Shown here: piece after piece, positions 36,581 through 48,245 of the stretch | How the letters are laid out: the number at the start of each line of letters is the position of its first letter | How positions within the stretch are numbered: position 1 is the first letter of the stretch | Made by a program: the position numbers and the translations under genes | Notes under the pieces: generated by a model | The model's input: only the letters and a program-made list of their open reading frames with translations | The model's database searches: none | Told to the model about the DNA's origin: nothing | Source of the DNA: Chiloscyllium plagiosum | Lineage: Eukaryota | Direction: 5' to 3' | Assembly: GCF_004010195.1 (NCBI RefSeq) | Contig: NC_057718.1 | Coordinates: 28,332,377 to 28,396,376 of the forward strand | Length of the DNA stretch: 64,000 nucleotides

Positions 36581-37956
36581 TTTTTAAAAAAGAACCACAG
36601 AAATTGTTACTTCAATAATAAGAAAGCATTTCATTTCAAGTGCAGGATTACTGGAATAGCATAAAGGCATTGCTTCATAAGAGCAGAAAACCATTCTATC
36701 ATAATTAAATTATATTCATAATAACACTCCACTTCTTTCCCTCTGGTTTTCCGCATTGTTCTGAAGGCATTGACTCATACTTGTAAATAATTCCACAGAA
36801 ACCAACAGTTTGCAGTCCTCACTCAAGTGACTATAATTTAATTGTGGGCCTATTTGGCAAGAGGGTTAATCACAGTCCGTTAAATAATCTGATATGGTGT
36901 GAGGATCATTCTGTGTAAGCAGAATAGATTTTACCAAACCTTTAAGATTGGGCAGTGGCTGGGGTTGCCAAGGGAAGGTATGGGGTGGGGTGTCCATCAT
37001 GTTCCCATTGTAGTGTCCATCACTGCACTGTTGTGGCTGGGTGCAGTCCCAGCAGAGGCCACTATGCACTGTGGCGTTGTTGAGACTCAGGTGCTGCTAG
37101 ACCTCCAATTGGTTTGCAAATCTTGCAAGCAGACACTGGTCCTCTAAAGGGACAGGATACCTGACATTAACTAATTGGCTGAAAATTCTGCAGGATCCAC
37201 CAAATGACCAAGATGGTGTTTCTCTCATTTGCTGGCACATTATTGAGGATCGTTCCACCCCAACAATACTCTCTTCATGGTGTACTGCCTGTCACATTGG
37301 TCAAGGCACTAGAAGAGGTGTTCCAGGCCTGAAGCAGGCATTCAGGACTTTGCCTGTGCAAATCGCACATGTATGAGGCTCCCTTCCGAAATCTGAGCTA
37401 CTCTGAACACAACAGGAGCTAGGCCTGTGCATTCAGCCTTATGCCATCTGTTTACCTGCCACTATACTAATGGCCTTTGCAGAGACTGCTGAAGGCTGCC
37501 AATAAGAAAGGATGGTTTTGTTTAAATGTTTAGCTGATTGTGCAGCTAGGAGGAGAGGTCCTTCTCTAGCAGTCCTATGATGATCCCCAGAACCCTTTGC
37601 GGGACCCCACCTAATCACCTCTGCCCCCCAGAATGCCTTTCCCCCCCACCCCCATTCCACCCTTTCCAGGGTCAACCCAACTGCTCTGGAAAGGTAATCC
37701 GGCTGACTAACTTTCCCAAACTGGCTCCTTGTGGATTCTGCAAGCTGCCCAATTGCTATCTGCATCGTGTTGGTGATAAGCAGATATGCCCAAGGCAACG
37801 TCAGGCCTTGGGCTCATGGCATGAGGACATTACTGACAAGGCCAATTGTTTATATTTGAGAATGTGGTAATGAGTATTTATTATTTGGAATAGTCTCTTA
37901 ACCCTTCAATTATACTCATTTTTAGGTATTTCTCATCATACCTAAAGTAGAACAAG

Positions 37957-38150
37957 GGGGTTAGTTTGCTCAGTTGACTGGACAGTTTGGCGTACAGAAT
38001 AACACTAACAGCATGGGTTCAGTTCCTGTACCAGCTGACATTACCAAGAAGATCCCTCCTCCTCAATCTCTACCCTTGCCTGAGATATTGTGACGCTCAG
38101 GTTAAACCAGTTCTCTGTCCAACGAGAGAGTAGCCTGATACTTTACTTTT
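37957..38150 (+). mobile_element. tRNA-derived SINE, decayed
   Basis: TTGCTCAGTTG...GGGTTCAGTTCC boxes; tail ACTTTACTTT. Confidence 0.5.
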
Positions 38151-38621
38151 TTCAAAGCGCAACAAAGCAAAGAAAACATTGAAGAGACCTTATTGTTAAA
38201 AAATGATGAGGTCTCAGCATTTAAACTGCAAGAACCAATTTTGTGTATTAAAAGAAGCTGATTTTGTTTAGTGGAAATTAAAAATGCAGCACAATTTGAA
38301 AGCTTCCTATGATTTCAGTAAGTATATCCCCTGCTTACCGATTAACTTTGTATCTTTTCCTGAGTTAGACTTAGATTTCACAGATCTGAGGTTTGGACAT
38401 GACTCCCACATGTGGGAAAACCAAACTGAACAGGGCCATTTCAACCAGTGCATAGTTAAACAATCTCTTTTCTTGACTGGAGTAAGGGCTGTACCATACA
38501 ATGTGAGAATCATGAGGTTTTGGTGTAGACGGAAAGGATTATAAAAGGCAGATAAGGTCTGTAAAACTATCAAATTGTCAAGTTGTTTAAGTAGCATGCC
38601 TTTTAAAAATTGCAAAGTACA

Positions 38622-40444
38622 CAAGTCGGAGGCTGGAAGAACACAGCAAACCAGGCAGCATCAGGAGGTGGAGAAGTCGACATTTAGGGTATAAATCTTC
38701 TACAGGACTGGGGATGGGTGTAGGGGGAGCTGCAGATAAAGGGGTGGGGGGGGAGAAGGGTGGTGAAGTGGAGTTAGGTGAAGACAGGCAGAGGGTATGG
38801 ATTGGTTGGTCAATGGGATGAATGAAGCCGGTTGGTGGCTGGGAGGGGTGGAATGGAGGGGGAGGACTGGGAAGGGAGTCGGGGGATGAGAAGGGAGATT
38901 ATTTGAAATTGGAGAACTCAATGTTGAGTCCTCTGGGCTGTGACTGCGAGGTCCAGTTGGCCTCTGTGAGCCTGGCTGAGATGTTTGGTGAACCGTTCCC
39001 TAAGTTTATGTTTATTCTCCCCGTTGTAGAGAAGAGCACACCAGGAGCACCTGATGCAGTGAAGTAGGTTGGAAGAGAGGCTAACCTGGAAGGACTGTGT
39101 AGGGCCCTCGATGGAGGTGAAGGAGGGAGGCGTGCCGGCAGGTTTTATGTCTTTTCCGCTTGCAGGGGAAGGGGGGTTCGGGGGTTTGGAGTGGAGAGTG
39201 GTCCAAACCAAGGACTGTCGAAGGGAACAGTCCTTGCAGAAGGCAGAGAGGAGTGGGGAGGGGAAGATGTTCTTGGTGTTGGGGTCTAGTTGGAGTTTGC
39301 AGAAGTGTTTAAGGATAATGTGTTGGATGTGGAGACTGGTGGGGTGTAGATGAGGACAAGGGGAACTCTGTCTTTATTGCGTTTGAGGGGGGTTTAGGCC
39401 AGTGGAATGGGGAATGAAGGTGGTGTAGTGCAGGGCTGTCTGGATGACAGAGGGAGGGAAAGCATGTTGTTCAAAATAGGTGGTCATCTGGGATGCTTGG
39501 GAGTGGAATGTCTCTTCGTCCGAGCAGATGCGGTGGAGGCAGAGGAATTGGGAGAATGGAATGGAGTTTTGCAGGATACTGGGTGGGAGGAGGTGTAGTC
39601 TAGGTAGTTATGGGAGTCTGCAGGTTTGTAGTAAACATCTGTCTGGAGACTGTTGCCGAAGATGGAAATGGAGAGGTCAAGAAAGGAGAGGGAAGTGTTC
39701 GAGATGGACCAAGTGGATTTGAGGGCGGGGTGGAAGTTGTGGGTGAAGTTGATGAACTGCTCCAGTTCAGCCTGGGTGGTGCAGGTTGCTGCGCCATTGC
39801 AGTCATTGATATAATGGCAGAAGATTTGCAGCATGGTGCCTGTGTAGGTACTGAAGAGGGACTGTTCGACGTAGGCAACAAAGAGGCAGGCGCAACTGGG
39901 GGCCATCTGGGTGCCCATGGCTACCCCCTGGATTTGGAGGAAATGGGAGGAGTTAAAGGAAACGTTGTTGAGGGTGAAGACCAGTTCTTCTCTACATCGG
40001 GGAGACCAAATGTAAACTTAAGGGACAGTTCACCAAGCAAGGACCGACCGGACCTCCCAATCACCGCCCATTTTAATTCCCCTTCCCACTTCCTTTCTGA
40101 TATGACCATCCTTGGCCTCCTCCATTGCCACAACGAACCAAACCACAAATTGGAGGAACAAAACCTCATCTTCTGCCTGGGCAGCCTACAGCCCAGAGGA
40201 CTCTACATTGAGGTCTCCAATTTCAAATACCCTCCCTTCCCATCCCCCGACTCCTTCCCAGCCCCTTCCCCTCTCTTCTACCCCTCCCAGCCACCTGCTA
40301 GATTTCATTCCTCCCATTGACCAACCAGGTCATAACCTCTACCTGTCTTCATCTATCCCCACTTCACCACCCTGCCACCCTCCACCCCTTAATCCGCAGT
40401 TCCCCCTTACACCCACCCAGTCCTGAAGAAAGGTTACATCTGAA
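38622..40444 (-). mobile_element. Penelope-like element (RT + GIY-YIG relic on -) with an inverted copy of its 3' end on + (39990-40444)
   Basis: MGTQMAPSCACLFV..YINDC..FLDL..YYKPADSHNYLDYTSSHP; NLLHCIRCSWCALLYNGEN; second LYIGET and AHFNSPSH on +; possible TSD AAGTACA (38615, 40443). Confidence 0.88.
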
Positions 40445-41097
40445 GTACAGTCGAGTACCTCTTTGGTTTAAGGCAGTATATAAAACTCGCCAGCTGTACA
40501 TCTTACTCAGGGAGCTGATTACTAATACAGGATAGAAAGAGTTATTTCCTTCATTAAAAAGTGAGTCATCTTTTCTGATAGCTTGCTAATAAAATCAAGG
40601 GAGTGTGCCATTTTCAAAAACGTAATCTCCACAAGTGTTATGTATTTTATTTGATTGTGGGACATGGGTGTTACTGGCTAGGCCAGTATTTATTGCTCAT
40701 CTCAAATTGCCCTGAAGAAGACATGATGAAATAGCAATCATATAACAACAACTTTGCACTTGCATATCGCGGAGGTGACGTTGGGACCAGGAGGTTACTG
40801 GGAAGGGAAGGACTTGGTATATATTTGGGCAGCAGCTAAATCTGAGATACTACACATATAGCATCTCCTTCCCACCCCCCTCCTCTAACCCGAATGAAAG
40901 GACTCTGTAAGGTAAATTTCTTTTTTTTTCCTTTTTCTTTTATATATTTAAGTGCATTGTTTGATATTACTTAGCTGAGTTAAAGCTAAGGCTTACAATG
41001 GCAGGGGAACTCAGACCTGTTGCTCTGCAAGAGTGCCTCTTGCTTGATGTGGGAGCTCAGGAACGTGGCTGATGTCCCTGACACTTACACTTGCAAG

Positions 41098-42266
41098 ATA
41101 CGGATTTCAGTAAGGCGTTCGACAAGGTTCCTCATGGGAGACTGATTAGCAAGGTTAGATCACACAGAATACAGGGAGAACTAGCCATCTGGATACAGAA
41201 CTGACTCAAAGGTAGAAGACAGAGGGTGGTGGTGGAGGGTTGTTTTTCAGACTGGAGGCCTGTGACCCGGAGTGCCACAAGGATCGGTGCTGGGTCCTCT
41301 ACTTATCGTCATTTATATAAATGATTTGGACGACAGTTTAAGACGTATAGTTAGTAAGTTTGCAGATTATACCAAAATTGGAGGTGTAGTGGACAGCAAA
41401 GAAGATTACTTTGGATTTACAACAGGATCTTGATCAGATGAGCCAATGGGCAGAGAAGTGGCAGATGGAGTTTAATTCAGATAAATGCGAGGTGCTGCAT
41501 TTTGGGAAAGCAAATCTTAGCAGGACTTATACACTTAATGGTAAGGCCCTAGGGAGTGTTGCTGAACAAAGAGACCTTGGAGTGCAGGTTCATAGCTCCT
41601 TGTAAGTAGAGTCGCAGGTAGATAGGATAGTGAAGAAGGTATTTGGTATGCTTTCCTTTATTGGTCAGAGCATTGAGTACAGGAGTTGGGAGGTCATGTT
41701 GTGGCTGTACGGGATATTGGTTAGGCCACTTTTGGTACATTGTGTGCAATTCTGGTCTCCTTCCTATTAGAAAGATGTTAAAAGGGTTCAGAAAAGATTT
41801 GCAAGGATGTTGCCAGGGTTGGAGGATTTGAGGTACAGGGAGACGTTGAATAAGCTAGGGCTGATTTCCCTGGAGCATCAGAGGCTGAGGGGTGACTTTA
41901 TAGAGGTTAATAAAATCATGAGAGGCACGTTACGATAAATAGGCAAGGTCTTTTTCCTGTGGTGGGGGAGTCCAGAACTAGAGGGCATAGGTTTAGGGTG
42001 AGAGGGGAAAGATATAAAAGAGACCTAAGGGGCAACATTTTCACATAGAGGGTGGTGCATGTATGGAATCAGCTGCCAGAGGAAGTGGTGGAGGCTGGTA
42101 CAATTAAAACATTTAAAAGGCATCTGGATGTGTATATGAATAGGAAGGGTTTGGAGGGATATGGGCCGGGTGCTGGCAGGTGGGACTAAGTTGGGTTGGG
42201 ATATCTGGTTGGCATGGACAGGTTGGACTGATGCCGTGCTGTACATCTCTATGACTCTGTGATTCT
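41098..42266 (+). mobile_element. Younger 5'-truncated CR1 nested in ORF1 of the 40768 element
   Basis: Starts at DFSKAFDKVPH and ends CTCTATGACTCTGTGATTCT; host ORF1 reads TC-K / KCVQ across it. Confidence 0.88.
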
Positions 42267-45005
42267 AAGTGTGTCCAGCTGCAGCTCTTGTTTGACCGCA
42301 CGATGGCTCTGGAGCTGCGGATGGACTCACTGTGGAGCATCCACGATGTTGTGGAGGTCGTGGATAGCACGTTTAGTGAATTGGTCACACCGCAGATTAG
42401 AATTGCTGAGGGAGACAGTGAATGGGTGACCAAAAGACAGAAAAAGAGTCGGAAGGCAGTGAGGTGTCCCCTACAGTCATCTGCCACCAAAACAGGTATA
42501 CCGTTTTGGATAATATTGGGGGAGATAGCTCACCAGGGGAGGGCAGCAGTTGCCAGTATCATGGCAACCATGGTGGTCACTGCTGTTCAGGAGGGCAGGA
42601 AAAAGACTCGTAGGGGCCATAGTCATAGGGGATTCTATTGTGAGGGGAGTACATAGGCAGTTCTGTGGCCAAAAACGAGATTCCCAGATGGTATGTTGCC
42701 TCCCAGGTCAGGGATGTCACCGATTGGCTGCAGAGCATTCTAAAAGGGGAGGGTGAACAGCCAGTTGTCTTGGTGCATATAGGCACCAACAATATAAGTA
42801 GAAAACGAGATGAGGTCCTGAAAGCAGCATTCAGGGAACTAGGAGAGAAGTTAAAGTGGAGGACCTCAAAGGTAGTGAACTCAGGATTGCTACCAGTGCC
42901 ACATGCTAGCCAGGGCAGAAATGAAAAAATAGGCAGGATGAACACGTGGCTAGAGGGGTGGTGTAGGAGGGAGGGATTCAGATTTGTGGGACATTGGGAC
43001 CAGTTCTGGGGAAGGTGGAACTATTACAAATTGGACGGTCTACACCTGAACCAGACCGGAACTAATGTCTTTGGGGAGTTTTTGCTATTGCTGTTGGAGA
43101 GGTTTTAAACTAAAGTGGAAGGGGGCTGGGAACCAGAAGAGAAGATTAGTATACAGCAAGGTGGAAACTAGAGACTGTAAGGAACAGGATCATGAAGTTA
43201 GCACTACCAAGGGGAAGAGTAGACAGAGAGCAGACAAACGCCAAGGAACTGGTGGCCTGAAGTGCATACACTTTAATGCAAGGACTATAGTGGGCAAGGC
43301 AGATGAAGTTAGGGCTAGGATTGGTGCCTGGGAGTATGACGTTATTGCAATCACAGAGACTTGGTTGAAGGAAGGGCATGATTGTCAACTAAATGTTCCA
43401 CAATATAGATGCTTCAGTCAGAACAGCGAGGGAAGTAAAAGGGCGGGGGGGAGGAGTTGCATTGCTGGTCAGTAATGATATCACAGCTGTGCTAAAGGAG
43501 GACACTATGGTGGGCCTGAGCAGTGAGGCATTATGAGAAGAGCTGAGAAATAAGAAGGGTGCAGTTACATTGTTGGAGCTGTATTACAAGCATCCCAACA
43601 GTGAGCATGAGGTAAACAGATTATGGAAAGATGTAGAGGCAACAGGGTGGTAGTGATGGGAGATTTTAATTTTCCCAACATTAACTGGGATACACTTAGT
43701 GTCAGAGGTCTGGATGGGGTAAAATTTATAAGGAGCATTCAGGAAAGCTTTCAGGAGCGGTATGTCAATAATCCAATTAAGGCCATATTGGACCTGGTGT
43801 TGGAGAATGAGCCAGGCCAGGTGATAGAAGTTGCAGTAGAGGATTTCTTTGGGAATAGTGACCACAATTCTGTAAGTTTTAGAATACTCGTAGACAAAGA
43901 TGAGAGTGGTCCTAAGGGGAGAGTACTAAACTGGGCCAAGGCCAATTATATCAAAATTAGGCAGGAGCCGGGAAATGTGGATTGGACACCTATTTGAAGG
44001 GAAGTCCACATTTGAGAGATGGGAGGCTTTCAAAGATAGGTTAAAGATAGTGCAGGATAGGCATGTCCCGTTGAAAGCAAAGGATAGGAAGGGCAAGGTT
44101 CGTGAACAGTGGATGACAGGAGAAATCGTACGACTAGCCAATAAGAAAAGGGAAGCGTACATAAGGTCCAGGCAGCTTAGAACAGAATGGGCCTTGGAGG
44201 AATATTGGGAGAGTGGGACCAATCTTAAAAGGGGTCATGAAATAACTTTAGTGAGCAGAATTAAGGAGAATCCAAAGGCCATTTATTCATATATAAAAGG
44301 GAAGAGGGTATCTAGAGAAAGTGTTGGTCCACTAAAGGATAAGGAAGGATGGTTGTGTGTCGAACCTGAGAAAATGGGTGAGATTCTCAACAATTACTTT
44401 GCATCAGGAGAGGGACATGATGAATGTTGAGATTAGAGATAGAAGTTTTATTACTCCAGATCACATTGACATAAGGAGGGAAGATATGTTGGGTAGATTA
44501 AAGTATATTAAGGTGGACAAATCCCCAGGACTCGATGGGATCTATCCCAGGTTGCGAAGGAAGGCAAGAGAGGAAATAGCTGGGGTCCTAACAGATATCT
44601 TTGTAGCATCCTTAAACACAGGTGAAGTGCCAGGTGACTGGAGAGTTGCTAATATGGTACCCCTGTTCAAGAAAGGTAGTAGTGATATTCCAGGTAACTA
44701 CAGACCAGTGGAAGGAAAGTTGCTGGAGAAGATACTGAGGGATAAAATCTATTTATATTTGGAAAAGAATGGGCTTTTCAGTGATAGGCAACATGGTTTT
44801 GTGCAGGGGAGATCATGCACTACCAGCTTAATAGAGTTTTTAGAGGAAGTGACCAAGTTGATAGATGAAGGAAGGGCTATAGATGTCATATACGTGGACT
44901 TCAGTAAGGTTCCCCATGGTAAACTAATAGAGAAAATGAAGTCACATGGTGTGCAGGGTGTTCTAGCTAGTTGGATAAAGAACTGGTTGAGCAACAGGAG
45001 ACAGG

Positions 45006-45047
45006 CTCATAGAGATGTACAGCATGGAAACAGACCCTTCGGTCCAA
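45006..45047 (-). mobile_element. ~41-bp CR1 3'-terminal micro-insertion
   Basis: Reverse complement TTGGACCGAAGGGTCTGTTTCCATGCTGTACATCTCTATGA; absent from the paralogous copy at ~31240. Confidence 0.85.
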
Positions 45048-45356
45048 GTAGTTGAAGGGAGTTTCTCGAAATGGAGAAAGGTGACCAGTGGTGTTCCACA
45101 AGAATCAGTGATGGGGCCACTGTTGTTTGCAATATACTTAAATTATCTGGAAGTGGGCACTGTTGGTATGATCTGCAAGTTTGCAGGTGACATGAAGATT
45201 GGTGGAGTAGCAGAAAGCATAAGGGACTATCAAACAATACAGGAGAATATTGATAGACTGGAGAGTTGGGCAGAGAAGTGGCAGATGGAGTTCAATCCAG
45301 GCAAATGTGGGGTGATGCATTTCGGAAGGTCTAATTCCTGATCAAACTATTCTGTA

Positions 45357-45580
45357 GAGAAAATGCTGGAAAATCTCAGCAGGTCTGGCAGCATCTGTAA
45401 GGAGAGAAAAGAGCTGGCATTTTGAGTCTAACTGACCCTTTGTCAAAGCTTTGACAAAGGGTCAGTTAGACTCGAAACGTCAGCTCTTTTCTCTCCTTAC
45501 AGATGCTGCCAGACCTGCTGAGATTTTCCAGCATTTTCTCTTTTGGTTTCAGATTCCAGCATCCACAGTAATTTGCTTTT
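45357..45580. mobile_element. Young palindromic PLE terminal insert with perfect 16-bp TSD
   Basis: ATCAAACTATTCTGTA at 45341-45356 and 45581-45596; loopless inverted repeat 45356-45541 centred at 45448/45449. Confidence 0.92.
45447..45485 (+). ncRNA. Minimal type I hammerhead ribozyme, U3-A8 core variant
   Basis: AGCT | TTGACAA | A | GGGTC-AGTTA-GACTC | GAAACGTC | AGCT. Confidence 0.65.
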
Positions 45581-46559
45581 ATCAAACTATTCTGTAAATG
45601 GAAGAGCCTTGGGAAAATTTGATGAGCAGAGAGATCTGGGAGTTCAGGTACATTGTAACGTGAAGGTGGCTGCATAGGTGGATAGAGTGGTCAAGAAGGC
45701 ATACGGTATGCTTGCCTTCATTGGACAGGGTATTGAGGATAAGATTTGGCAGGTCATATTAAAATTGTACAAGACTTTGGTTCGGCCACATTTAGAATAC
45801 TGAGTACAGTTTTGGTCGCCACATTACCAAAAGGATGTGGACACTTTGGAGAGGGTGCAGAGAAAGTTTATGAGGATGTTGCCTGGTATGGAAGGTGCTA
45901 GCTATGAAGACAGGCTGAGTAGGTTAGGATTGTTTTCATTAGAATAAAGGAGATTGAGGGGGGACCCTGATTGAGGTCTACAATATCATGAAGGATATAG
46001 ACAGGATAGATAGAGATAAGCTTTATCCCAGGGTGAGGGATTCAATAATGAGAGATCACCTGTTCAAGGTGAGAGGAGAAAATTTTAAGGGGGTAAAATA
46101 CTTTGCACAGAGGATGGTAAGTGCCTGGAACATGTTGCCAGCAGAGGTAGTAGAGGCAGGCATGGTAGATTGATTTGAGGTGCATCTGGACAGATGCATG
46201 AGTAGGTGGGGAGCAGAGGGATACAGATCCTTAGGAATTGGGCTATGGGTTTAGAGAGTGGAGTTGGATCGGCACAGGCTTGGAGAGCCGAAGGGCCTGT
46301 TCCTGGGCTGTAAATTTTCTTTGTTCTCTTTGTTCTTTATATAGTGCCCAAGCAACGGAAAGGATAAAAATGATGGCAAGCCAAAGAGGAAATTTTAGGA
46401 GGGTGACTAATAAGATGGTAAAAGAGATGGTTATAAAGGTGGGGAGGGAGAGAGGTGGAGAGGCAATAAGGTGTAAAACATTGAACCTTGACAGTTGAAA
46501 GCTAGTCACCACTTGTGAGACATATTAAGTGAGGGATGCAGAAGAAACCAGACTTGGAG

Positions 46560-48245
46560 AATGTCTCAGCACTCTACACCAGCATCCCCCACCACGACGG
46601 CATTGCGGCCTCAGCCTCAATACTCAACACCAAAAACTGCCAATCTCTGACCACTGTCCTACAACTCATCCACTTTATCCTCGACCACAACATATTCACC
46701 TTTGACAACCAGTTCTTCATCCAGACACACAGAACAGCCATGGGGACCAAATTTGCACCCCAATATGCCAACACTTTCATGCACAGGTTTGAACAAGACT
46801 TCTTCTCTAGCAGGACCTCCAACCAACACTATATACCAGGTACATTGGCAACATTTTCTTCCTCTGGACCCATGGCAGGGGGTCACTGAAACAAGCACAC
46901 AGTGATATCAACAAGTTTCATCCCACCATCAAACTCACCATGGACTACTCTCTACTATCTGTCTCATTCTTGGCCACATGCACCTCCATCAAGGATGGAC
47001 ACCTCAGCACCTCACTCTACTGCATACTCATGAATAACCTCACGATATTACATTTCTCCAGCTTCCAGTTGAAACATATTAAAACAGCCATCCCCTCTAG
47101 ACAAGCCCAACACATACATAGGATCTGTTCAGATGAGGAGGAATGTGACAGGCTCCTGGAAGTACTCAAGAATGCTCTCATAAGAACAGGGCACGATGCT
47201 CAACTCAATGACCACCAGTTCCGATGTGCCACAGCGAGAAACTGTAAAGACCTCCTCAGGAGACAGACACGAGTTGCAACTGACAGGGTACCCATGTTCT
47301 TCACAGCCTGCAACACATTATCAATGAGGATGAGCACCTCGCCAAGACCTTCCCCACGCCTCCACTCCTCACTTATAAACAACCACCAAATCTCAAACAG
47401 ATCATTGTTCGCAGCAAACTGCGCGGTTTTCAGGACACCATACAACCTTGTCAAGGTGGATGCTGCAAGACGTGTCAGAGTGTCGACACAGATACCACCA
47501 TTACACGTGGGGACAACTCCCACCATGTACGTGGCAGGTACTCATGCAACTCGGCCAACGTTGTCGATCTCAGTTGGGGAACACTTCAGCGGTTCGGGAC
47601 ATTCAACCTTGAACCTTCAGGTGACCATCCTCCAAGGTGGACTTGGGACAGGCAACAACGAAAAGTGGCAGAGCAGAGGCTGATAGCTAAGTTCGGTATG
47701 TATGGGGATGGCCTCAACCGGGACCTTGGGTTCATGTCACACTACACATGATCTCATTGCACTATATACACACACACAAACACGCACACACAAACACGCA
47801 CACACACTCCTCCAGACACATACAATCTCCTGCAGACCCATACTCTCACACAGACCCTCTCTCATACGCTCACACATACACTCCCACACTCACACATGCA
47901 CCCTCTCACAGACTTACTCCTTTACACTCACACACACACTTTCACAGACACTCATAACCCCCGTTTATCCCCGACCTCCCTACACACACACCCACATGCA
48001 CACATACACATATATGTTTGTGGGGTGAATTTGTACTTGCAGAATTACATTTTACTTTGCTCAAAAACTGCATGAATCCATGTAAGATTCTGTAAATCAT
48101 TTTCTTTTAGATTAGAATCACTCTGACCATTGTGGCACGGACAGCCTCACACAGGGCAGCTCACATCTAAAATGCATTATCCGGGCCAACATGACACCAA
48201 TTGTTAAAGTTCACTTGAGAATGTAACTTTTAAATGTTCTGCTAT
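46560..48245 (+). mobile_element. Penelope-like element (RT + GIY-YIG relic and CA-rich 3' region), second family
   Basis: VSALYTSIPH, FTFDNQFF.Q..TAMGTKFAPQYAN, SFL, HRICS, VGEHF; frameshifted and internally deleted. Confidence 0.88.
47767..48012. repeat. Degenerate (CA)n-rich microsatellite within the PLE 3' region
   Basis: ACACACAC / CTCACACA runs. Confidence 0.85.

Larger units (their letters stand above)
40768..46337 (+). mobile_element. Near full-length CR1 LINE carrying three nested insertions
   Basis: ORF1 ATG 40998 (MAGELRPV..), resumes at 42267 (KCVQLQLL); IGDSIVRG, VHIGTN, DGLHL esterase; APE (HFNAR, ITETWL, GDFNFP, SDHN); RT; tail TTTGTTCTCTTTGTTC. Confidence 0.9.

Noticed and set aside
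38182..38216. GAGACCT...ATGATGA...AGGTCTC hairpin as a C/D snoRNA
   Set aside because: 7-bp stem expected by chance; box geometry does not fit
39610..40320. 236-aa ORF
   Set aside because: Antisense of PLE RT fused by inversion to the endonuclease tail; not a coherent protein
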